61,574 nucleotides of DNA, taken from assembly GCA_033853815.1 (NCBI GenBank), contig JAWOLE010000065.1, forward strand, positions 1 to 61,574, read 5' to 3'. The stretch is from Thermoanaerobaculia bacterium (GTDB lineage Bacteria; Acidobacteriota; Thermoanaerobaculia; UBA5066; Gp7-AA6). The position numbers and the translations under genes were made by a program. The notes beneath the pieces are model-generated. The model saw only the letters and a program-made list of their open reading frames with translations, did no database searches and was not told the DNA's origin. Below are positions 61,368 through 61,574 of the stretch, in pieces. How positions within the stretch are numbered: position 1 is the stretch's first letter; the number at the start of each line of letters is the position of its first letter.

Positions 61368-61574
61368 GAGGGCCTTCCCGCCGCGAACTTCGCCGACCGG
61401 CGGTCGCGCGAAATCTCTCCCGACTTGATTTTGCGCTGCAGCTCGAGGATCCCGTACATGAGCTCCTCGGGCGTGGGCGGGCAGCCGGGCACGTAGACGT
61501 CCACGGGGATGATCTCGTCGATCCCCTGCGAGACGTGGTAGGCGCGGTAGAAGCCCCCCGAGGACGCGCAGACG
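61364..61574 (-). CDS. nuoB: NuoB-like subunit, C-terminal 69 codons (5' end outside window)
   Basis: Reverse translation reads [49 protein letters not shown], including two of the N2-cluster cysteines. Confidence 0.88.
   Translation of the reverse strand, partial: VCASSGGFYRAYHVSQGIDEIIPVDVYVPGCPPTPEELMYGILELQRKIKSGEISRDRRSAKFAAGRPS

Noticed and set aside
1-61574. A search by eye for transposases, integrases, phage genes, toxin-antitoxin pairs, restriction-modification or other defence systems, and rRNA/tRNA genes.
   Set aside because: None of the credible ORFs has such signatures. The mobile-looking DNA here is entirely non-coding (arrays and the family-1 and family-2 elements).

Overview
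Very GC-rich bacterial chromosomal segment with diderm-type gene content. The lineage cannot be fixed from sequence alone; Acidobacteriota-like is only a guess. It holds about 50 mostly housekeeping genes: H+-PPase, hemW, ribD/ribE, ftsY, an HD-GYP sensor, aroB-aspS-hisS, tsaC, a ThiF-like E1, recN, pepA, purC, radA, an MlaFED-like MCE transporter, alr, dnaB, PolX, a TetR-HlyD-ABC-2 exporter, peroxiredoxin-folE, Lhr helicase, a fused membrane/spermidine-synthase-like protein, an S9 peptidase, korAB, a molybdopterin oxidoreductase and nuoB-nuoCD-nuoI. At least 13 gene pairs are joined by 4-nt ATGA/GTGA overlaps. No rRNA, tRNA, CRISPR, transposase or phage genes were recognised. Four things are not ordinary. 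(1) A three-gene cassette at 24.2-26.2 kb has a sortase-fold protein that has lost both the catalytic His and Cys. It sits between two paralogous secreted proteins with LPxTA[ST]-type C-terminal sorting signals. (2) Nearly every intergenic spacer is built from tandem 7-8 nt repeat arrays, each site with its own unit. They are often paired with a complementary array to give long hairpins, and often start or end exactly on start/stop codons. (3) A roughly 370-nt non-coding element with long inverted termini occurs three times, each time just upstream of and co-oriented with a gene. One copy splits the HlyD-ABC operon. (4) A modular GC-rich REP/BIME-like element occurs four times, and two direct copies bracket dnaB, whose upstream region also has a DnaA-box-like cluster and the most AT-rich tract seen in the window. 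Smaller items are a low-GC secreted ORF islet and an Ech/Ehr-like nuoB-CD-I gene order. All identifications come from reading the supplied translations and DNA by eye; no database search was run.
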